Below are positions 57,028 through 64,000 of a stretch of DNA of 64,000 nt, piece by piece. The position numbers and the translations under genes were made by a program. Position 1 is the stretch's first letter; the number at the start of each line of letters is the position of its first letter. The stretch lies in IMG/VR virus record IMGVR_UViG_3300005613_000001, positions 62,001-126,000 of that record. The stretch is one strand, 5' to 3'. The notes under the pieces are model-generated. The model worked only from the letters and a program-made list of their open reading frames with translations. It did not search any database and was not told the origin of the DNA.

Positions 57028-57900
57028 TTATATACCCGACAACCGACGACCAATTGTAGGATTTAATCCATCCTGGTTGCATTCCACTTCTGGTTCTGCA
57101 CCATTAAAAACAACATCTGACTGGTTAATCACCTTAGTCAAAATTGGCATTTCCACAGCAGCAATCTCACGACGAGTAATAACCAAATCAGGATTACTAC
57201 GAGCTTCATGCCGTTCGGGAAGATTACTAAGCTCTTCCGCTGTGAAAGCACGCTCTATGTGCCTTCTTTGGAAATAGCCGCCTCTTTTATCTCTATCCCG
57301 AGTATCATTCCAATTAATACCCTTCTCTGAGAAGAGTAATTCTTGGATTTCATCACAACTCTTATTCTGCAACCGAGCATGCGAAAAGTTCGCTTGACCC
57401 AGCATTTGAATTGAATTGCGCGTTGCATCTTGTTCCCTCCAAACAAGAGCATTTACTGCCTCTGCTTTGTTTGGAACACTGAAACAACGACAATCAAACT
57501 GCGGACGTTGCCCTGCCTTTGAAGGAATATAATCCTCCAAATGGCTCGCAAAATATAACGAGGCGGCTGATGCCAGTAGTGAATTTAACTTATCCACTTT
57601 ACCATCTAGGTGAATTTGCGAATTATGACTTTCAGCATACAAAACCAACGTGATTTCATCGCTTTGGGTGTATCCGATACATGCATTCGTTTCTTCAACT
57701 AGATATCGGGTTGTTCTATCCATAAGATCGGTCATTCCACGATCAAACGGACGGTCTAATCCTCTAGTGAATGTGTGAAATGCTCTCCCGTCCAGACGAA
57801 TTACCGCTGGAACTAGGGGCATTAAATAAGTTAAATTTGAACCGAAGTGTCGCTCATAGAACTTCATTCGGTCGCCTAAACTTTCATGTTTTGGCATCAT
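57028..57900 (-). CDS. tRNA(His) guanylyltransferase Thg1-like protein
   Basis: LGDRMKFYE, RLDGRAFHTFT, YTQSDEITL, FDCR, WREQDATRNSI. Confidence 0.94.
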   Translation of the reverse strand: MMPKHESLGDRMKFYERHFGSNLTYLMPLVPAVIRLDGRAFHTFTRGLDRPFDRGMTDLMDRTTRYLVEETNACIGYTQSDEITLVLYAESHNSQIHLDGKVDKLNSLLASAASLYFASHLEDYIPSKAGQRPQFDCRCFSVPNKAEAVNALVWREQDATRNSIQMLGQANFSHARLQNKSCDEIQELLFSEKGINWNDTRDRDKRGGYFQRRHIERAFTAEELSNLPERHEARSNPDLVITRREIAAVEMPILTKVINQSDVVFNGAEPEVECNQDGLNPTIGRRLSGI

Positions 57901-57950
57901 TTGCTCCTTGTGACCATTTTCCTGGCTTCGGGAAAATGGTACAATTCCAA

Positions 57951-58208
57951 TTAACCGTTAGCCTTTTCCTCAAAATCCTCAGGACACCAACCCCCGCCTG
58001 CCGCAAGTCTAGCCATGTCATACATAATTTGCATCAAATTAACATCTTGAACAGTTCTCATAATGCCCAACGCTTCACTTGCAGCGGCGATAAGCTCAGC
58101 GCCTTCTTCCATTTCGCCAACAGCATTGCCTACCGCACCATCAATTGCATCCTCAAGCTTCTTAATGGTTTCCTTCATCATCAATCCTCCCAAGGGAACT
58201 TGATCCAA
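57951..58208 (-). CDS. hypothetical protein (start probably about 58181)
   Basis: GGAGGA SD. Confidence 0.55.
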   Translation of the reverse strand: MDQVPLGGLMMKETIKKLEDAIDGAVGNAVGEMEEGAELIAAASEALGIMRTVQDVNLMQIMYDMARLAAGGGWCPEDFEEKANG

Positions 58209-58618
58209 TCTTCACCCTTTAGCCGAGTGAAGAAATCAGGCTTATAAACATCATTCGGCTTCCAGAACAAAACCCCAACTGCATCCTGTTCTCGTAGCCC
58301 AAAATGCTCCCGAAACGTAGTAATCGTAGAACCGCCATCAACTAAATCGTCTATAATTAAACACGCCTCAAAATTTGAAACATGAAAAGACGATGTTTCA
58401 ACTAGAGGCGCAGTGCGGTATTCAGTATCATTATAGTGGCTTATTCTTACCGAAAAATGCGGTAAGCTAAGAGCCTGGGCTACTTTCCTACTTAAATAGA
58501 CGCCTCCCTCTCTAATCCCAACAACAACGTGAAACTGTCTGCCACTTTGTTTTACCTGAGATATTAATTCTCTTAAAAGAGCATCAATTTGTTGATCGTT
58601 ATAAAATACTTCGTTCAT
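58181..58618 (-). CDS. type I phosphoribosyltransferase (purine-PRT-like)
   Basis: VVGIREGG, LIIDDLVDGGST, WIKFPWE. Confidence 0.9.
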   Translation of the reverse strand: MNEVFYNDQQIDALLRELISQVKQSGRQFHVVVGIREGGVYLSRKVAQALSLPHFSVRISHYNDTEYRTAPLVETSSFHVSNFEACLIIDDLVDGGSTITTFREHFGLREQDAVGVLFWKPNDVYKPDFFTRLKGEDWIKFPWED

Positions 58619-58640
58619 AATAGAAGTATTTTATAATATA

Positions 58641-58955
58641 TCACCTTAATCTGCAAGGAAATACTTTGGTAACTCTATTCTCTGGGAGCGGACCTCTCAT
58701 TTTAAAACATTTGGGGCACATATCACAATCAAACATACTATGTATGCCGCCCCATAAAAACTTATGCCAATTGTGACCGCCTGTAATCCAACACCAAAAC
58801 TTTTGCCATTTTGTCGTTGGGGGCACAGAAGTATTGGGAAACTTCTCTCGGGCATAAAATTCTTGCGGTTCAACCATATCCAACTCCCTTAAATCGATAA
58901 AGTCATTTGGACCGCCTTTATCCAATGTGAGCCTCACGCTGCTGCTCTTAGACAT
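58641..58955 (-). CDS. hypothetical protein
   Basis: operonic ORF. Confidence 0.55.
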   Translation of the reverse strand: MSKSSSVRLTLDKGGPNDFIDLRELDMVEPQEFYAREKFPNTSVPPTTKWQKFWCWITGGHNWHKFLWGGIHSMFDCDMCPKCFKMRGPLPENRVTKVFPCRLR

Positions 58956-59188
58956 GCCATTATCTCTTGATCTATTTCCTGATTTATCTCCCGTGCCAAC
59001 AACTCCGTTAGCTCGCTTTCACAATCTAATTTGTGCCATTGTCTTAAATCCTCTGCCGAATCACGGGACCAAACAGCCCTAAGCTTTCGGTCTTTAGGAG
59101 GCGGAGGAACAGAGGCTTTAGGCGGAGTAAGAGCAGTAGGTGCTGCCACAAAGGCGGCAAACGCTTTTAAGAATGATCTACGATTCAT
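58934..59188 (-). CDS. Tat-like leader fused to T4 gp23-like major capsid fragment
   Basis: MNRRSFLK; RKLRAVWS.DSAEDL...H.LD.ESELT..LA.EI..EID.EI. Confidence 0.7.
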   Translation of the reverse strand: MNRRSFLKAFAAFVAAPTALTPPKASVPPPPKDRKLRAVWSRDSAEDLRQWHKLDCESELTELLAREINQEIDQEIMACLRAAA

Positions 59189-59471
59189 TCTCTTCTCCCT
59201 TAGAAAGACGCTTTTTTCGCTCTTGATACTTAACAACAATAATAAATATCACAAGAGCAGCAATCACCACCAAAAATGCCCAAGAGGTTGCTAGGTACTT
59301 AAAGAAAATGCCAACACCGACCCAACCGTATTGTTGGACTCCCTCATATGTAGCCCAACCCAACGCGCCAACATACACGGCAACCAGAAGAACCCAAAAA
59401 TACCAAGGCGGCGGCTCTGGATTCTTTTTCCGCTCTTCTAAGCGTTCGTTCCATTGTTTGAAAAATTTCAT
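59178..59471 (-). CDS. small membrane protein
   Basis: two or three TM segments. Confidence 0.65.
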   Translation of the reverse strand: MKFFKQWNERLEERKKNPEPPPWYFWVLLVAVYVGALGWATYEGVQQYGWVGVGIFFKYLATSWAFLVVIAALVIFIIVVKYQERKKRLSKGEENES

Positions 59472-59791
59472 TCTATCACCTGTATGAACTGCCTCAAAGG
59501 TCCAAATTTGATTGGAAGTTCTAAAATCTTGCCGGAACCATCAAGAAACGCCTCAACAATCTTCTGGGTGATATCATCCGGGGCGGTTGTCTCGTTCTGC
59601 CCAACTGAAAGATGCCAAATTGGTTTTGGGAAATCAGGAACTATTTCATACGTTAAGAATATTTTTAAACTCAAACCCTCAAACTCAACATCTCGCAATC
59701 CCTGTTTGGGAGCTATAACATTCTCCCTAAGATCGTGGGGAAACTCTCTTGCCACACGGCGCATATCCAAAACCGTATCGTGCAAGTCCAT
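59468..59791 (-). CDS. hypothetical protein
   Basis: operonic ORF. Confidence 0.65.
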   Translation of the reverse strand: MDLHDTVLDMRRVAREFPHDLRENVIAPKQGLRDVEFEGLSLKIFLTYEIVPDFPKPIWHLSVGQNETTAPDDITQKIVEAFLDGSGKILELPIKFGPLRQFIQVIE

Positions 59792-59793
59792 GA

Positions 59794-60264
59794 TTAATTC
59801 TCTTCAGGATGAATTTGATGTTGTTCGTAAATCGTCTCATTTGGCTTTTCGCAATGAATATGCCAACGAGTAATCTCTGGATTCCACCTAACAAAACACT
59901 TCATTGCAATCGGACCATTCTCGTATTCCCGCAAATCAAATTGCCTCATTGTCATTGCCTGAGATGGTGCAGGCGATTTTAAAGAACTACAGAGTTCCTC
60001 ATTGTTTTCAAAAAATTGAGCCAATGAAGCGAGTTGAGAAGGCAAATCAGGGACGGGGATTCGACCCTTTTGTATATCATCCTGTAGCTCTGGGCTAAAC
60101 GAAACTGCATAAGGAGTTAAACCCTCTTTGGGAGGATCAAGAGACACCTTAATTCTTTCATCCGGCACGATGAGTCTCCTTAAGATAATATGCATTGCAG
60201 AATCAAAAATAACAGAACTGGAAGCGAAAACATGACGCCTCCAATTATCACTGTTACCCTCCAA
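59794..60264 (-). CDS. hypothetical protein (start probably about 60195)
   Basis: operonic ORF. Confidence 0.55.
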   Translation of the reverse strand: MEGNSDNWRRHVFASSSVIFDSAMHIILRRLIVPDERIKVSLDPPKEGLTPYAVSFSPELQDDIQKGRIPVPDLPSQLASLAQFFENNEELCSSLKSPAPSQAMTMRQFDLREYENGPIAMKCFVRWNPEITRWHIHCEKPNETIYEQHQIHPEEN

Positions 60265-60365
60265 AGCCCTTCATACCCTGGATCGGGTTTTCCATTCCAC
60301 CAGTAAGTGACTCCACAGCCTATTAAGAAAACTATTAAAAGAATAAGTCCACTGTTCATTAACAC
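60180..60365 (-). CDS. small membrane protein
   Basis: two TM segments. Confidence 0.55.
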   Translation of the reverse strand: MLMNSGLILLIVFLIGCGVTYWWNGKPDPGYEGLWRVTVIIGGVMFSLPVLLFLILQCILS

Positions 60366-60559
60366 ACCTTCGCGGACGATCCGCCACCTGATTTATGAGA
60401 GGCGGTATTCCCCGATTTGTGTCTTGTGAAACAAAATCTCTTGGGTGGGGGATCAGGCGGATCTTCGTCGGGGCCACACCCGCATCCACAACTGTTTTCG
60501 GGTTTTGGCACACCATTGGACATCCCTGGTCCTACACCTGTTACTGAATTTGCACCCAT
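60359..60559 (-). CDS. small Gly/Cys/Pro-rich putative late protein
   Basis: TAAATA motif plus AGGAGG SD; MGANSVTGVG. Confidence 0.6.
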   Translation of the reverse strand: MGANSVTGVGPGMSNGVPKPENSCGCGCGPDEDPPDPPPKRFCFTRHKSGNTASHKSGGGSSAKVC

Positions 60560-60574
60560 AGATACCTCCTGTAT

Positions 60575-61162
60575 CTATTTAGTCCATTTCCTAAGAAGTC
60601 TTACACGTTCTTTGCAAAAATCTCTTCTCTCGTCAGACGACAACGATTCAACATTAGAAACTTGCACCCACGTTGCCCAAACATCATCTTCTTTCGGAAA
60701 AGAAGCTACATGCTCTCGCAAACAAGTTAGCCACTCTTCGGGCAATCTATCTAATTCCTGTTTGGTTATGTGTTCAAAGATTGAATTGATAGCTTCATGC
60801 TTCGTAATTTTGCCCTGTTCGTATCGCTCAATAATATTTACAGCCTTGTATTTTCCTGAACGTCTATGCACTTCTTCAATCCCTAAATTTGCGACTTCTT
60901 TTTGTGACTGCTGATTATTACATTGATTACAAGCAAGCACAGTACGAGCTTCAGACGTATGATTAGGCTCCCGCCTCTTTTTATGTAATTTACTTCGTAG
61001 GTGTTCTAAGGTAGCTCTCAAGGGGAAGTTGGAAAACCTCAAGGGCATATTTTGTTTGGGTGCAACTTGAACCAAAACCGTAGGCTTACCGCAGTAATAA
61101 CAGTTGGGATTCTCCAACCAGAGTTTCATTAACCTTTTTCTATTGCGTCCCGTGTGCGCCAT
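60575..61162 (-). CDS. HNH-like endonuclease domain protein
   Basis: CYYCG...ATLEHL...VLACNQCN. Confidence 0.75.
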   Translation of the reverse strand: MAHTGRNRKRLMKLWLENPNCYYCGKPTVLVQVAPKQNMPLRFSNFPLRATLEHLRSKLHKKRREPNHTSEARTVLACNQCNNQQSQKEVANLGIEEVHRRSGKYKAVNIIERYEQGKITKHEAINSIFEHITKQELDRLPEEWLTCLREHVASFPKEDDVWATWVQVSNVESLSSDERRDFCKERVRLLRKWTK

Positions 61163-61403
61163 GTCTTACAGAGTTAATCTTTTCTTGATTTATAATTGTC
61201 TCAATAGCCCCATAGTCCGCATGATTTATCTCTACGGCGGCTACCTCGCCAACTATTTTACCATCTTCTTCAACATCTTTCAACTTCATACTTATACAAA
61301 CTTCCAATAATTTATGTTTTTGCCAAGGGGTAAGGTTCATACACGCAAGCCATTTAACTTCTCCATCCGGTGTCTTTCTTCCAGCTAGCCTCTTTTCCGC
61401 CAT
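61140..61403 (-). CDS. hypothetical protein
   Basis: GAGG SD. Confidence 0.6.
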   Translation of the reverse strand: MAEKRLAGRKTPDGEVKWLACMNLTPWQKHKLLEVCISMKLKDVEEDGKIVGEVAAVEINHADYGAIETIINQEKINSVRHGAHGTQ

Positions 61404-61738
61404 TTAAGATACCTCGATAACTTGGGGTGGGATTTCAGTTTGCTACGAGTGTTGTATTTTCTGCCCAATTCCTTTTCTTTAGCTACCGTGTGTATCATCT
61501 TATGACACAGTTTGCAAACATCCATGCCTTCTTGAAGTTGTTCTTTGGTGTATCGTTTCTTGAACCATTTATTCTTATGAAGGGTGCTTGGAATGAAGTG
61601 GTGGAAATTATAAGCGTCTTCGCAATTGCAGAATTCACAGCTTGATCTTACAGAAGTCTTCCCATAGTTTTCTTTCTCTTTCATAAGTTCTCTTCGTTTT
61701 TCTAGGCGGTTCCCAATCGCTTTTATCACCTTTTTCAA
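61385..61738 (-). CDS. HNH-like protein (start probably about 61684)
   Basis: CEFC...FHHFIP...VCKLCHKMIH. Confidence 0.7.
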   Translation of the reverse strand: MKKVIKAIGNRLEKRRELMKEKENYGKTSVRSSCEFCNCEDAYNFHHFIPSTLHKNKWFKKRYTKEQLQEGMDVCKLCHKMIHTVAKEKELGRKYNTRSKLKSHPKLSRYLKWRKRG

Positions 61739-62168
61739 ACGCCTCTAATGCATTCCTTACCTTTCCTATATCCACTTCATATTGATCTTCCCAATCTTGT
61801 TCAGCATGCCCCCAACTCTCATCAACATGCTCCCCCGCGACAACGCGGTAATAATCAAAACCTAATGAGGCGGCTAATGCTCTGTAATATCGGGGCGTTC
61901 TCTCTTCACGATGGATTTCAAATATCCTGGCCCCTTCTTGACAACAAATAATATTAGCAAAACCCGCCCCGTGTGTCCCCCCAACAGCAATTGCCTCATG
62001 CATTACCCTAAACTGCTCGGCCATTGGCATAGTTTCAAAATGAACCGTTTCATACCCATAATGTTCAAACAGCTTCCTTATTTCCACTTCATTTTCAGCC
62101 TTACGCCATTGAAGTTCCCTTGAAATGAATATTTTTCTAGTTACGTAAAACAAATCGCTTGAAATCAT
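61635..62168 (-). CDS. glycosyltransferase family 61 (DUF563) C-terminal part
   Basis: KIFISR...R...NE, EQ, HGAGFAN. Confidence 0.78.
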   Translation of the reverse strand: MISSDLFYVTRKIFISRELQWRKAENEVEIRKLFEHYGYETVHFETMPMAEQFRVMHEAIAVGGTHGAGFANIICCQEGARIFEIHREERTPRYYRALAASLGFDYYRVVAGEHVDESWGHAEQDWEDQYEVDIGKVRNALEAFEKGDKSDWEPPRKTKRTYERERKLWEDFCKIKL

Positions 62169-62427
62169 TTGCTTTACCTAACTTCTGCCACATGGTAAAT
62201 AATGAAACAATGCGATCCCAAGGATTTCGTGCAATTGTGAATTTAAAATAGTCCCTGCATTCTATTGGATGTTCAATTTCATATTTAGAAATCCACCAGT
62301 GTTTGCCGGGATAAATAATATCACCACGTTCATCCAAATGAAGTTCGGGACGAAGAGCTTTAGCTATGCTGGTCCCGCCAGTTTTAGCCATGTGGATAAA
62401 AATAAATTTATGCCGATGACAGATCAT
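62137..62427 (-). CDS. sulfotransferase family 2 N-terminal part
   Basis: HKFIFIHMAKTGGTSI, YFKFTIARNPWDRIVS. Confidence 0.8.
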   Translation of the reverse strand: MICHRHKFIFIHMAKTGGTSIAKALRPELHLDERGDIIYPGKHWWISKYEIEHPIECRDYFKFTIARNPWDRIVSLFTMWQKLGKANDFKRFVLRN

Positions 62428-62594
62428 TTCAACCACTCAACCAATGCATCGTAGTCAGCAAAATCCCGCTCTTCTAACCTATCATACGCAGCTAAATATC
62501 CCGCCTCTATAAGAGAATCAAATGCAGCCGCTTTGGCTTTGCCTCCTAAAAAGTGAACCGGGACATCCTCACAATACGCTATAGTTACTTTCAT
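62424..62594 (-). CDS. small hypothetical protein (absent from ORF track)
   Basis: 56 aa, ATGA overlaps at both ends. Confidence 0.55.
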   Translation of the reverse strand: MKVTIAYCEDVPVHFLGGKAKAAAFDSLIEAGYLAAYDRLEERDFADYDALVEWLK

Positions 62595-62812
62595 TTTTCA
62601 AACCAATTATTTGTTTCTTCTTTTAACTTATCAGAACCCTTTTTTGCAGCATCTTGGACACCATCTTTCAGGGTGTTAAGTGGCTGTTCCACCTTCTGTC
62701 TGACATTATCCACATCACGTTTAACCTTATATGCTTCAAATGCTACCATTGCTACAATAAATAAAATAACGGCTAGTAGAACTACAATGAGTCCCATAAA
62801 TAAATTTTTCAT
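62591..62812 (-). CDS. single-TM protein
   Basis: AAGGAG SD, TATATA motif upstream. Confidence 0.65.
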   Translation of the reverse strand: MKNLFMGLIVVLLAVILFIVAMVAFEAYKVKRDVDNVRQKVEQPLNTLKDGVQDAAKKGSDKLKEETNNWFEK

Positions 62813-62832
62813 GTTAGTCTCCTTACTAACAC

Positions 62833-63069
62833 TTATATATCGTTATTAAACGTGGGTTTGGGACTTACCACACTCCCTTCTTTCTTGTATCTCTCAATCG
62901 CCTCTTTTAATGTAGTACCACAACTACCAACTTGTTCTTCACCATCCTTCCACCAGGCATACTCTTTTAGCCCAGCAAGAAAACCGGCTTCGTAACCAGC
63001 ATCATATGCATTGTGCTCTAAATCACGCAACTCTTGTTCAATTCTAGGATCAATTTCTGGTTCGCTCAT
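62833..63069 (-). CDS. hypothetical phage protein
   Basis: YAWWKDG...VG..G motif. Confidence 0.65.
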   Translation of the reverse strand: MSEPEIDPRIEQELRDLEHNAYDAGYEAGFLAGLKEYAWWKDGEEQVGSCGTTLKEAIERYKKEGSVVSPKPTFNNDI

Positions 63070-63773
63070 TTAATTGCCGCCTTGTAAATGAGTTCTACTA
63101 CGTTCTTCAACACCGGGTAACCCAACATCCAATGGTATTCATGTCTTCTAATTTGAATTGCCGTATGAACACCCTCAGCTATCTGCCCGTCTTGAAATTC
63201 AGGCTTTTCACCAGAGGCTATTAATTGTCCCGCCTTAAAATTTCTACTCTTGTTGCTGAGACACGTTACGGCTAAATCTGCCATGTGGCGATTTATAGAA
63301 GTAATCCCCTTTAATTCTTCCCACGCATCAGCAAAATATACAGCCGCCATATTATCGCCATTGGTGTGTTTTTCAATTGAATAACCAATAGCGTAAACAT
63401 TTTTAAGAACACCAACCCACTCTAACTCATTGTATCCATATGATATGTCCAATTTCTCCTCAGTGGAAATACAAGCGCCTCCTAAAACAGAGATATATTT
63501 AGATCCCCAAATATCCCGAATGGCTTGAGTAGGCAAGTGACCCTTGCTATCCAATCCCTTGGTTGCCGAATGGACCGTTATATCAGGATCAACTTCATCA
63601 AAAAGCTCCAGGGTTTCTCTTAAATATTGCCCTGGAATTGCTACGATAATCTTATCCGCCTCTTTTATTTCAAATGGATCTTCAGGATGATTCCACGTTT
63701 TGATCTTAAACTTGGGGGCAAATTCTTTTTTGAGGCGGGCTCCCCATTTACCTTGACCGAGTATGATAATCAT
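63066..63773 (-). CDS. gpsA: NAD(P)-dependent glycerol-3-phosphate dehydrogenase-like (reduced)
   Basis: GQGKWG, ATKGL, LKNVYAI, DLAVTC.S..SRN...G, AEG. Confidence 0.85.
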   Translation of the reverse strand: MIIILGQGKWGARLKKEFAPKFKIKTWNHPEDPFEIKEADKIIVAIPGQYLRETLELFDEVDPDITVHSATKGLDSKGHLPTQAIRDIWGSKYISVLGGACISTEEKLDISYGYNELEWVGVLKNVYAIGYSIEKHTNGDNMAAVYFADAWEELKGITSINRHMADLAVTCLSNKSRNFKAGQLIASGEKPEFQDGQIAEGVHTAIQIRRHEYHWMLGYPVLKNVVELIYKAAIK

Positions 63774-63776
63774 ACT

Positions 63777-63959
63777 CTAAGATAGTAATTCCGCGTCATC
63801 AATTGCTTTTATTATACCCCTCATCAGGCTAACGCTTATTGAAGAACCATTGTGCAAGGTAAAAACTTGCCCATCGTATGTCCCCATGTGCGCACCTTCC
63901 TTGGTTACAACCCTCTTTAAATACTCAGGATAAGTTTCATCTAAATCATCAAAACACAC
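63777..63959 (-). CDS. hypothetical protein
   Basis: AGGA SD before GTG. Confidence 0.5.
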   Translation of the reverse strand: MCFDDLDETYPEYLKRVVTKEGAHMGTYDGQVFTLHNGSSISVSLMRGIIKAIDDAELLS

Positions 63960-64000
63960 TTCCTGTATCAGCGGCTTCTTTCTTCGCCTCTTCCAAGATA

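Noticed and set aside
1-64000. Genome-wide stop-codon recoding suggested by the phage RF
   Set aside because: Conserved genes are uninterrupted in code 11 and end in TAA, TAG and TGA.
1-64000. CRISPR array or rRNA
   Set aside because: No regularly spaced repeats or rRNA-like sequence seen.

Overview
Gene-dense, mostly minus-strand segment of a large (jumbo-type, T4-distantly related) bacteriophage genome in standard genetic code. Host-like genes (two CsrA, FmdB zinc ribbon, BON, SPFH pair, ClpX, RtcB) suggest a Planctomycetota host; this is inferred from recalled family resemblance. Contents: proteolysis genes (ClpX, M50, M14), nucleotide/cofactor enzymes (Prs, PRTase, CoaB, CoaC-M23 fusion, GpsA), a translation/RNA-repair set (RtcB, Thg1, GluRS lacking the anticodon domain, RF1-like release factor, four tRNAs and one aberrant tRNA-like RNA), a glycosylation cluster, a MoxR-VWA module, homing endonucleases, and two TnpB-only IS200/IS605 elements whose empty sites can be reconstructed. 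The most striking signal is the RF1-like (PxT/GGQ) gene. Its conserved frame has no usable start codon and is reached from an SD-led ATG through two consecutive prfB-type +1 frameshift cassettes (AGG GGG TGY CTT TAG C) carrying UAG instead of UGA. This is a predicted tandem double-frameshift sensor of amber termination. All calls come from reading the sequence; no searches were run.
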